Source: Macrostomum lignano
Taxonomy: Eukaryota
Assembly (NCBI GenBank): GCA_002269645.1
Contig: NIVC01000700.1
Location: 62,001-126,000 of the forward strand
Length of the DNA stretch: 64,000 nt
Direction of reading: 5' to 3'
Part shown: piece by piece, positions 1 through 10,900 of the stretch
Position numbering within the stretch: position 1 is the stretch's first letter
How the letters are laid out: each line of letters starts with the position of its first letter
Position numbers and translations under genes: made by a program
The notes under the pieces: generated by a model
Told to the model about the DNA's origin: nothing
What the model saw: only the letters and a program-made list of their open reading frames with translations
Database searches by the model: none

Positions 1-2896
1 GGAGGGGAAGTGCGGAGGGGAAGTGCGGGAGGGGAAGTGCGGGAGGGGAAGTGCGGAGGGGAAGTGCGGAGGGGAAGTGCGGGAGGGAAAGTGCGGGAGG
101 AGAAGTGCGTGAGGGGAAGTGCGGGAGAAGTGCGGGAGCGGAAGTGCGGGAGAAGTGCGGAGGGGAAGTGCGGGAGGGAAGTGCGGAGGGGAAGTGCGGA
201 GGGGAAGTGCGGGAGAAAGTGCGGGAGGAGAAGTGCGGAGGGGAAGTGCGGGAGGGAAGTGCGGGAGGGAAGTGCGGAGAAGTGCGGGAGGGGAAGTGCG
301 GGAGGGGAAGTGCGGAGGGAAGTGCGGAGGGAAGTGCGGGAGGGAAGTGCGGGAGAAGTGCGGGAGGAGAAATGCGGGAGGGGAAGTGCGGGAGGAGAAA
401 TGCGGGAGGGGAAGTGCAGGAGAGAAAGTGCGGGAGGGGAAGTGCGGAGGGGAAGTGCGGAGGGGAAGTGCGGGAGAGGAAGTGCGGGAGAAGTGCGGGA
501 GGGGAAGTGCCGGAGGGGAAGTGCGGAGGGGAAGTGCGGGAGGAAGTGCGGGAGAGAAAGTGCGGGAGAGAAAGTGCGGGAGGGGAAGTGCCGGACGGGG
601 AAGTACGGGAGGGATGTGCTGAGGGGAAGTGCGGGAGGGGAAGTGCGGGAGGGGAAGTGCGGAGGGGAAGTGCGGAGGGGAAGTGCGGGAGGGAAAGTGC
701 GGGAGGAGAAGTGCGTGAGGGGAAGTGCGGGAGAAGTGCGGGAGCGGAAGTGCGGGAGAAGTGCGGGAGGGGAAGTGCGGGAGGAGAAGTGAGGGAGGGG
801 AAGTGCCGGAGGGGAAGTGCAGGAGAGAAAGTGCGGAAGGGGAAGTGCGGAGGGGAAGTGCGTGAGGGGAAGTGCCGGACGGGGAAGTACGGGAGAATTG
901 CCGGAGGTGAAGTGCGGAGGGGAAGTGCGGGAGAGGAAGTGCGGGAGGGAAAGTGCGGGAGGAGAAGTGCGTGAGGGGAAGTGCGGGAGAAGTGCGGGAG
1001 CGGAAGTGCGGGAGGGGAAGTGAGGGAGGGGAAGTGCCGGAGGGGAAGTGCAGGAGAGAAAGTGCGGGAGGGGAAGTGCGGAGGGGAAGTGCGGGAGGGG
1101 AAGTGCGGGAGAAGAAGTGCGGAGGGGAAGTGCGGGAGGGGAAGTGCGGGAGGGGAAGTGCGGAGGGGAAGTGCGGAGGGGAAGTGCGGGAGGGAAAGTG
1201 CGGGAGGAGAAGTGCGTGAGGGGAAGTGCGGGAGAAGTGCGGGAGCGGAAGTGCGGGAGAAGTGCGGGAGGGGAAGTGCGGGAGGAGAAGTGACGGAGGG
1301 GAAGTGCCGAAGGGGAAGTGCCGGAGGGGAAGTGCAGGAGAGAAAGTGCGGGAGGGGAAGTGCGGAGGGGAAGTGCGGGAGGGGAAGTGCGGGAGGGGAA
1401 GTGCGGAGGGGAAGTGCGGAGGGGAAGTGCGGGAGGGAAAGTGCGGGAGGAGAAGTGCGTGAGGGAAGTGCGGAGAAGTGCGGGAGCGGAAGTGCGGGAG
1501 AAGTGCGGGAGGGGAAGTGCGGGAGGAGAAGTGACGGAGGGGAAGTGCCGGAGGGGAAGTGCAGGAGAGAAATTGCGGGAGGGGAAGTGCCGGACGGGGA
1601 AGTGCGGAGGGGAAGTGCGGAGAGAAGTGCGGGAGGGGAAGTGCGGAGGGGAAATGCGGAGGAAGTGCGGGAGGAGAAATGCGGAGGGGAAGTGCGGGAG
1701 GAGAAATGCGGAGAGAAAGTGCGGGAGGGGAAGTGCTGGAGGGGAAGTGCGGAGGGGAAGTGCGGAGGGAAATGTGCGGGAGGGGAAGTGCGGAGGGGAA
1801 GTGCGGAGGGGAAGTGCAGGAGAGAAAGTGCGGAGGGGAAGTGCGGAGGGGAAGTGCGGGAGGGGAAGTGCCGGACGGGGAAGTACGGGAGAATTGCCGG
1901 AGGGGAAGTGCGGCTTGGAAGTGCGGGAGAGGAAGTGCGGGAGAAGTGCGGGAGGGGAAGTGCCGGAGGGGAAGTGCGGGAGTGGAAGTGCGGGAGGAGA
2001 AGTGCGGGAGAGAAAGTGCGGGAGGGGAAGTGCCGGACGGGGAAGTACGGGAGGGGAAGTGCGGGAGAAGTGCGGGAGCGGAAGTGCGGGAGGGGAAGTG
2101 CGGGAGGAGAAGTAGGGAAGGGAAGTGCCGGAGAAGTGCGGAGAGAAGTGCGGGAGGGGAAGTGCGGAGGAGAAGTGAGGGAAGGGAAGTGCCGGAGGGG
2201 AAGTGCAGGAGAGAAAGTGCGGGAGGGGAAGTGCGGAGGAGAAATGCGGGAAGGGAAGTGCGGGAGGAGAAATGCGGGAGGAGAAATGCGGGAGGGGAAG
2301 TGCGGGAGGAGAAATGCGGGAGGGGAAGTGCGGGAGAGAAAGTGCGGGAGGGGAAGTGCCGGACGGGGAAGTACGGGAGGGAAAGTGCGGGAGGAGAAAT
2401 GCGGGAGGAGAAGTGAGGGGGAGAAAGTGCGGGAGGGAAAGTGCTGGAGGGGAAGTGCGGGAGGAGAAATGCGGGAGGGGAAGTGCGGGAGGGGAAGTGC
2501 GGGAGGAGAAGTGCGTGAGGGGAAGTGCGGGAGAGAAAGTGCGGGAGGAGAAAGTGCGGGAGGAGAAATGCGGGAGGAGAAGTGAGGGGGAGAAAGTGCG
2601 GGAGAAGTGCGGAGGGGAAGTGCGGGAGGGGAAGTGCGGGAGGAGAAATGCGGGAGGGGAAGTGCAGGAGAGAAAGTGCGGGAGGGGAAGTGCGGGAGGA
2701 GAAGTGCGTGAGGGGAAGTGCGGGAGAAGTGCGGGAGGGGAAGTGCGGGAGGAGAAGTGCGTGAGGGGAAGTGCGGGAGAAGTGCGGAGGGGAAGTGCGG
2801 GAGGGGAAGTGCGGGAGGAGAAATGCGGGAGGGGAAGTGCGGGAGGGGAAGTGCGGGAGGGGAAGTGCGGGAGGGAAATTGCCGGACGGGGAAGTG
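1..2896. repeat. Degenerate G/A-rich minisatellite, core GAAGTGCGGGAGGG (about 13-16 bp variants)
   Basis: Continuous variant repeats from base 1. All ORFs here translate the repeat (GSAGGEVREGKC). Confidence 0.95.
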
Positions 2897-3343
2897 CAAG
2901 GACCACTGTATATAGCAGGATGTAAAACTCAAAGATCGTGTAAATTTATAGAGGTCGATTTCCTGGAAAAAAATACACTGCGGAGATAGGAGAAAACCAT
3001 TTTTTCATCACAAAATGATAATATGAAAAATAAATATTGACAATCTGATCTGTTAAAATTATAGAAACCTAGTAAAAATGGAATAGAATAGAATAAGAAT
3101 AAAAAATTAACATCGAATCCTAAGTTTCTTAACGAAAAGCTTTATAAATATCGATAGAGCAATAAAAAGGCACAAAATATGAAAAGATGAACACTGAATC
3201 TGCCTCCTATCAAACGCAATAACGATTTTTGTGCTGAAAAATGAAAACTTCCTATCTCCGTAGTGTATTTTTTCGGGAAAAAGTGGCCTTCAAAACTTTT
3301 CTAAGAAACGAGGTTTCCTGTCCTTCTACTTAAGTCGTCCTTG
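2897..3343. mobile_element. MITE-like element with long imperfect terminal inverted repeats
   Basis: Starts CAAGGAC and ends GTCCTTG. AAAAAATACACTGCGGAGATAGG (about 2968-2990) is inverted at 3251-3273 (CCTATCTCCGTAGTGTATTTTTT). AT-rich non-coding centre; no clear TSD. Confidence 0.6.
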
Positions 3344-3423
3344 GTGTCCCACTGGTACACATTTTTATGTATATGCAATGTGCGCATTCAGTGTTGATAG
3401 CTAGTGCACAGTCTTGTATGTTC

Positions 3424-3737
3424 AATAATAATATAATAATAATAATAATTGACTACACCTGAGCTAATGGGCAGATGTGCTACCGACAGCTCAGCCGCAG
3501 CTATTGCGCGGCGCATCTGAAGGCTGCGTACGGCTGTTCAGTCCAAGGACTGGTGGATCGCCACATATCCTCAATTACCCCAGCTAATGCTGGCACCCAT
3601 TTTACAGCTGGGTGAACCGAAGCAATGCAGAGTTAAGTGCCTTGCTCAAGGACACAAATTGTTCCGAGTGGGGCTGAGCATCGAACCCCCGACCTTTCAG
3701 TCGTGAGTCCGACGCTCTGACCACTAGGCTACAACCT
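3424..3737 (-). mobile_element. tRNA-derived SINE with conserved-core-like central domain and (ATT)n tail
   Basis: The minus strand reads A box TAGCCTAGTGG, B box GGTTCGATGC, then TGTGTCCTTGAGCAAGGCACTTAAC...CAGCTGTAAAATGGG (V/CORE-type core motifs). It ends in an ATT microsatellite at 3424-3449. Confidence 0.8.
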
Positions 3738-4761
3738 CTAAGTTTAAACTACGCTCGTAGGTTTACAAGGTTTAAACACTACGCCTAAGCACAGACTATT
3801 TGGTTTGATGTATTAAAAGCGTAGAGGACACTTGATGAAGGATAGGTGTATTATATGTGAGCAAGTTGGCTTGGTTTGGGTGTACAAAATAGCGGTTTGA
3901 AAGCGATTAAAACATCCAATGTTAGCCAATCGTTCAATGGGTGACACCAAAAAAGAATACAATTCTAGCATTGTCAGCCCAAGGCCGAAGTGTTGGCTAC
4001 GACTTTGCCAATAAAAAACTCAAAGAAACAGTTTGCTGCAGAAATCAAAGACAACAAATACGAGTCCTCCGTAATGGAGTAACACTTATTGCCATTATAA
4101 TTTATTAAAAGACTACGCTATAACACATGCCAAAAGCAACAACTAACACAATTAGATTTGTCATCAAGTTCCGGTCTAAAGCAATTGCATCGAACAAGGG
4201 AGTGAGTCGAATCAGTCAGCTGTTGTGTGCAGCGGAACTGAAGCTGATATAAATGATACGCACAATGAACTGGAGAGTTGTACATGTAGCGGTGCCTAAA
4301 AGATCAGGCGTGCATTCTTAGCGGCGGTCTGCATTGAAAAAAATTTATATGTTCACTGAAGCTACTAGTGAGTAGTTCATTACAGCTAGCTATCTATATA
4401 TACTGGCATATATTGGTTTGCCGACTTCGAAGTGTAGGCGGCTTGATTTAGCCTTGTAACTGGCAATTTTCCAATGATAGATCACGTAGAAAAACTATGT
4501 CATTAGTTCACTCTGAACTTTACTACATAATTGGTATTTTCGGATGAAAGCTTGAGCTTGCATTGCCTTCTGCAGGGAAAAATTCGTTACTGATGCTGCA
4601 ATGGAAATGTCTTGCTGCCGGAACAGGCTCAAGCCGAGCCTGAGACTTAGTAGTATAGCCATCGATTCGTACTTTGCCGTGAACTCGTGGCTTGAACGCC
4701 TGAACTCCAAGGTTACGAAACCCGGTTCCTAAGCAGTGAGGGGAATACACGGGTCAGTGCC

Positions 4762-4915
4762 TTACTGCCTGCTGCTACTAGTAGATGCAGATGAAGGCGT
4801 GCCATGACCCGGAAAAGGCAGCGGTCGCTTTACAGACGCTTTTTTGTGTTGTTGCTTCAGCTGTTGCTGCTGTGGTTGTTGTTGTTGTTGTTGCTGTTGT
4901 TGTTGCTGTTGTTGC

Positions 4916-4948
<33 letters not shown>

Positions 4949-7900
4949 TGCAGTAGTTCAACTCGCTTGAACTCCTTCAACAGGTCAATAGCCTCGCCGT
5001 CAACATTTCGGTCGTCCAGATTGTCAGCCGCGTCTGAGGTGCCAGCGGCCGCAGTGGCGTAATTAAATACTGGCTGAATGTGGAACTCGACGGGCTGGCT
5101 GGATGACGGGCCGGGAGTGCGGTAGGTGTACGACAGCGGCGCGCCGCCGCCAGCAGCACCGGAGTTGTGACTGCGCCGAGGCTCTGCAGCAGCCGTCGGT
5201 ACCGCCACGTTGGTTGGGCCATTGCTCAGGCTGGGTTCCCGAGGATTCTGGTACAGATAGAACTGGTTTTGAGGTTGCAGATGCGGCAGAGGCTGCTGAC
5301 TGTGGAGAGGCACAGGGGGCACTGGGTGCACGGGAAATTCCGTCATTGTGGACGCGTCAAAATGCGGCGCGGGTGACCGAATTGATGATGTCAGGCGACT
5401 TCCCAGCTCCTGAAGTTTTGATGGGCCAAAATTTGCAGGGCTGAACCGCTAAGTCGACAAGGACACCGGGTGGTAAGAGAATTAAACGCTACAAATCTAC
5501 GGGAGTCATTTGAAGGTGAAATTTTTATTTAATATGCTTCTTCAACGAGACTGGCGTTTTTAAGTTTTCAGCACCAACTTTCTGGAACTCCGAAGTCATC
5601 AGATTTTAACAACTGTCAATCTCTAGCGCTAAAAACTGAAACGTTCCTACGATATCCTGTGAAGCAAATTTTTGTTAAGCAAAATGAGGACTTTAAATAG
5701 GCACCTATTAACTTAAGTGTTGCGTTCTCTTACGACTAGGGAACCGGTGATCACTAGGGAACCGGTGATCACTAGGGAACCGGTGATCACTAGGGAACCG
5801 GTGATCACTAGGGAACCGGTGATCACTAGGGAACCGGTGATCACTAGGGAACCGGTGATCACTAGGGAACCGGTGATCACTAGGGAACCGGTGATCACTA
5901 GGGAACCGGTGATCACTAGGGAACCGGTGATCACTAGGGAACCGGTGATCACTAGGGAACCGGTGATCACTAGGGAACCGGTGATCACTAGGGAACCGGT
6001 GATCACTAGGGAACCGGTGATCACTATGGAACCGGTGATCACTAGGGAACCGGTGATCACTAGGGAACCGGTGATCACTAGGGAACCGGTGATCACTAGG
6101 GAACCGGTGATCACTAGGGAACCGGGGATCACTAGGGAACCGGTGATCACTAGGGAACCGGTGATCACTAGGGAACCGGGGATCACTAGGGAACCGGTGA
6201 TCACTAGGGAACCGGTGATCACTAGGGAACCGGTGATCACTGGACACTTGCTTTCACTCACCTCCTCATCAGAAGAGCGCTTTCCCGCAGGGACAGTCCA
6301 ATGCTTCCTATCCAGTCTTCGACGTCTGAAATGTTTTTTTCAAAAGAAACCTTAACAGTTAGAATGTTCAAAAGCTTTGTCTTTGCCTCAAACTACTTTA
6401 TAACAGAAGTTTAAACTGAAACAAACAGGTCATCACGACATCGATTCTCTGAGAAACAATGAGACAGGACAATACAGCTGTGTCGATTTATGACCTGACG
6501 AACCTAAAAGAGCGCGTTCTGATTTTGAAATGATTTGTTTAAATACTTAATAAACAGGACTCACATGTCCGCAACCATACAACAGATAGCCAGGAGCACA
6601 ACAAACAGGGCTATCAAGGCGAGACCGGCCACAAGGGTCGTGGCGGAGAGAGTCGTCTCGGACACGCCTGCCACTGCTAAATTTCGAATTAGGCCTGCAA
6701 TATTTTGATGAGGAAGAGAGTCTGATGCAGGAAGAAGAGGCAGCTAAAGACAGAGCAGGCGGCGACGGTGGTAAGAATAAAAATAAAGGCAAATGGAGTA
6801 CAACAATTGCAACCGGGCGCATGTCGGTTTGGTGGACAAGGTGACACAACATTATTGTAAAGCATCAAGCCATTGCAGCTCGGTAACAATGCAATATACT
6901 ACTGAAAGCGGCTTACAAGCTGAGCAAACAAAACCAATGCTAATGAACAACTATATTGGAATATTTACCACTGAACCGTAAACGGGTCTGAATGTACGCA
7001 ACATTCTACTTATTAGTAGTGCAATTCCGTTGATCCTACGGAAGGCTTTCTAAAGTAAATATGAAATTTATTCAGCACTTTTCTAACCTAGCCAAGTACC
7101 AGGAGAGCAGCAGGATGGAGCAGAGCACCGCTGCTACGATGGCTACAGCAACTGCGGTCAACATTCGATCGATTCGACGGTGCAAATGCTGCTCAATGTA
7201 GGCTGCAATGCGGTTGAGATTGAGCGATGGAGGCTGATTACAGGATATAGTGGACTTCCGGGATCTTCCTAGACCTGACCTTGCAAAAGCATTGGCAGCT
7301 CAGAGTTTACTCTCCTTAGTCTCTGAGCTGATCTGTCCAAGGGGTCCGGATGCCTTGGTAGCTGAGCTTCATCAGCCACACAGCTTCCAATATCCTACTG
7401 CCAGCCCTCCCTGTTGCCTGTCCGAATTCTGATCAAGTTAGATGAAGAGGAGAGTCTGCAATGCCTCTATTGCTTTACTCAAACCAAACACAATTTGCTC
7501 TGCAGGCTGGAGACTGGAGCTGGTGTTGATCACGCGAGCTATTCGCCGCAATTTTGGAATTCTCTTTTGAAGTGCGGAGCCACTTTGCTCTTGCTTTGAT
7601 GAGAATGCTTTGCTTAAGCTGTAAATTCAGTTTTATACGCACTTAACGACTGTATTGCTGTCTATCAATTTGTTTGCAAGTCTTAGCAACACAGGCATTG
7701 CTATAAACAGAATTCAAAGTTAAAAATTGGTTGCTAGCGTACTCTGCAAATCCACGCAGTCAGTGTCGTTGAGGTTTACAGCCGATATGCACCTGGTTAA
7801 AAAATGGGCAATCGGTTTCAAGCAAATGAATTAGTGCCACTCATCCACAATGGTTATAACGCGATATTGTTATTAATAGCTGAATAATCAAAGGCATTAG

Positions 7901-10900
7901 ACCACTCTCGGTTTTATAAGTGAGCTAAATCAAATGCAGCACTGGTTAATATTGAGATTGAATTGAAAATCAGATTGACATAAATATTATTAATTAATCT
8001 TAGAAAGCTGTGCAAGAAAAATTTACTCTGCCTGATCTGCTCCCGGTACATGTATTCAATGTTGATATTCTCGCAGAAGAACCCCATGTACTCTTCCGGA
8101 CATCTGGAATTTTTATTAGTAAATTAATTGTACAGTTTGTGCAGTAAAACTAATGGACATAGAATTCTATTCCCAGCTATTGCTATACCATATACAGTAA
8201 TCCGTGCATTGTGCATTCCTAAATAGTACATGAATCTACATCCCTTGTGCACAAGGATGCAGCTGATCGAAACGGGCATCAAGCTGTCATTACTCATCAG
8301 ATCAAAGTGAATAATTCCAATTGAGCTTGTTTGATTTGATCAGAAAGCAGGTTTGACTCACTGGCAGGATGGCTTATTGGTAATTCGACTGATGACGCAG
8401 GTGCCTCCGTTGAGACAATAGGTGACATTCTTGTAGTTGCACAGGTAGTTCTGCGGCTGGGGCGCTGGAATATTTTCATCGATTTGTCATTCATCTGTTT
8501 AGAGCTGCACTCGGCCTCCGCCCAGTAAGTTTCAGCAAGCCCAATTCTAATTAACAATTTATGCTGGACGTTCAAAGCGCATACCAAAGCAGTCTTGCCA
8601 ACTGTGTCAGCTGTCTGCGAATGCTTTGAGCCACTGTGCCGGCTCTCCCCACCCACCCTGTCTGCTCTGCGTAGGTCAGGGCTGACTTTCACAATGGCAT
8701 CTAAAAGAATACCGCCCCCAGATAGTTACTGGCCAACACTAACAGACAGACAGGTTGCAATAAAGACGCTTGCAGCTCCTAAAATAGAGCTCTGAACAGA
8801 ACAACACTTACCCACAGTGGTGGATGTTTGCTGACCCATCGAGCTGCTCAATTCTTCCGCTGTAACGTTGAAATGAGACAAACTGCACAGACAAGTTGAG
8901 TTATTGTTGGAATGACATACGTTTGTCTACGCTAGACTGTTGCATTGCCGATGCTCATTCCATATATGGGACTAAGGGTGTAACAAAAACAAGTCAATAC
9001 GATACTTGGTGTGCTACAAGATTCCTTAAATACTTTTGGCGCTTAGATTAGAAAATCAGCAACTTATGGCATTCCTCTGAAAGTCCCCCAGGTCGGTTCC
9101 ACGAGCGAACTGAAGGGCCAGGGTGTGAGCATGCCTGGATACGTATTTGCGTGCGTCTAAAATACTGGGCACTAAACGGGTTTATCTGCGATTTTGGAAC
9201 TACGGTCTACGTATCTTAAGTTTCAAGCAGTGGAGATGGGTTGTTTAAAGTTTAACTGGGCAAACAAAATCGCTTACCAGTGATAAAGTGATAGAATGAA
9301 AATTTTGAATTCGCGGTTTTCAGAGACTAACAATGGAGCTACGAGTTGGCCAGCGCCTCTAGTTGTTCGCTTTATATACAGTAGCAAAACTGCTCCGACG
9401 AAACTGCCCAGAGATTGGCTCAAGCGTTCGCAGGGTGAGAGCGGGGTAAGGGCTTTGAGCGGGGTAGATGCATTTACGATGCTTACTCACAAAAAAGTTT
9501 GTGGTACTCGATATACCCCGCATTCCTTTTCGTTCGAGATGCAACAAGACTTTATTAGCATGCTCGCCTCCCCCTCAATCAGCCTGACTACTGCAAGAAC
9601 AATAGAAGGCAAATAAGGTTAAGAAAATGATTGAGTTCAAATAGCAGTCAGCTCACCAGCCAGCACGATGCTGCTGCTGATGGAGCCCTGCAGGTTGCGG
9701 AACACGCAGGTGTAATTTCCAGCGTCATCTGGCGATGCCCTTCTTAGCACGAGACGAGACGTGACTATTCCTTTCCTGTTAATGTTGAAGAAAATACTTG
9801 AGGTGAATTCATGCGAGCTATCGAGGAGTTGGGCTAACGGCAGGACTTCAATCTTCTATCTCATATCCCCCCCAGGCACAGTGAAGTGTACATTCCTAAC
9901 GATAAATAAAGTTAGGGCCGCTGTACACCCCTGCGTGAGTGTGTGCCTGTGGGTATGACTGCGTAGGTATCTGCGCGCTTGTGTGCCTGCTCAGGGGAGT
10001 CGGCGGAATGGCCAGTAATGCCTCTCACCGGTTGTGCGACATGTCGCTTGCGCCAGGGTGTACACATCCCCCTGCCTCTAATAAAAAGCTCATTTGCCCT
10101 TGTCTCTGTTCAGGGGGGGTGCAGATGCGTCGTAAAAATAGGAGGGGTAGAGTGCGCGACTGAGGAAAGAGGTGAGACTGAAAAGCCAATCAGAAGGCCG
10201 CGCGAGGGAGAGAGATAAGAAAAACAAGACTGAACTATACGGTAGACCAGAGAGGGAGAGAGATAAGAAAAACAAGACTGAACTATACGGTAGACCAGAG
10301 AGGGAGAGAGACAGGAAAAACAAGACTGAACTATACGGTAGACCAGAGAGGGAGAGAGATAAGAAAAACAAGACTGAACTATACGGTAGACCAGAGAGGG
10401 AGAGAGACAGGAAAAACAAGACTGAACTATACGGTAGACCAGAGAGGGAGAGAGACAGGAAAAACAAGACTGAACTATACGGTAGACCAGAGAGGGAGAG
10501 AGACGCTCGTAACAAAGTAAACAGAGACAAGGGCAGATGAACTGGAGAAATGACCAAGTCATGCCCGATTTCGCTGGCCCTGAGCACGCACTTGATCACT
10601 GGGTGTACAGCAAGGGTCGTGAACAAAATCAAATGCAGCGACTGTAGAACGATAATCGGATGCATCATCAATGCCTCTCGCCGGTTGTATGACAATGTCG
10701 CCTAAAGTGCGCCAGGGTGCTCACAGCCCCTGCCTCTAAGAAACTCACCTGGTCTTGAACTGCGCCACCCTGCCCCGGCCCAGTTTAACTGGCTCGCCGT
10801 CGCGCAGCCACAGCGGCCTCGGTCGGGGCAGCCCGTTCGCTCGGCACACCAGCCGCAGTCGCAGCCGCATCCCACGCCTGCCACCGCCCCTACGGCTGAT

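Noticed and set aside
10-2989. Many long ORFs (up to 534 aa) in all plus frames
   Set aside because: They are translations of a stop-free minisatellite, open in every frame, with no splice or domain support.
9060-9165. Possible alternative terminal exon giving a secreted Ig-only isoform
   Set aside because: Two acceptors give different short frames with no sequence feature favouring either; indistinguishable from chance.
10205-10505. CRISPR-like appearance of this and the other regular arrays
   Set aside because: There are no unique spacers and no cas genes, and the context is a eukaryotic intron.
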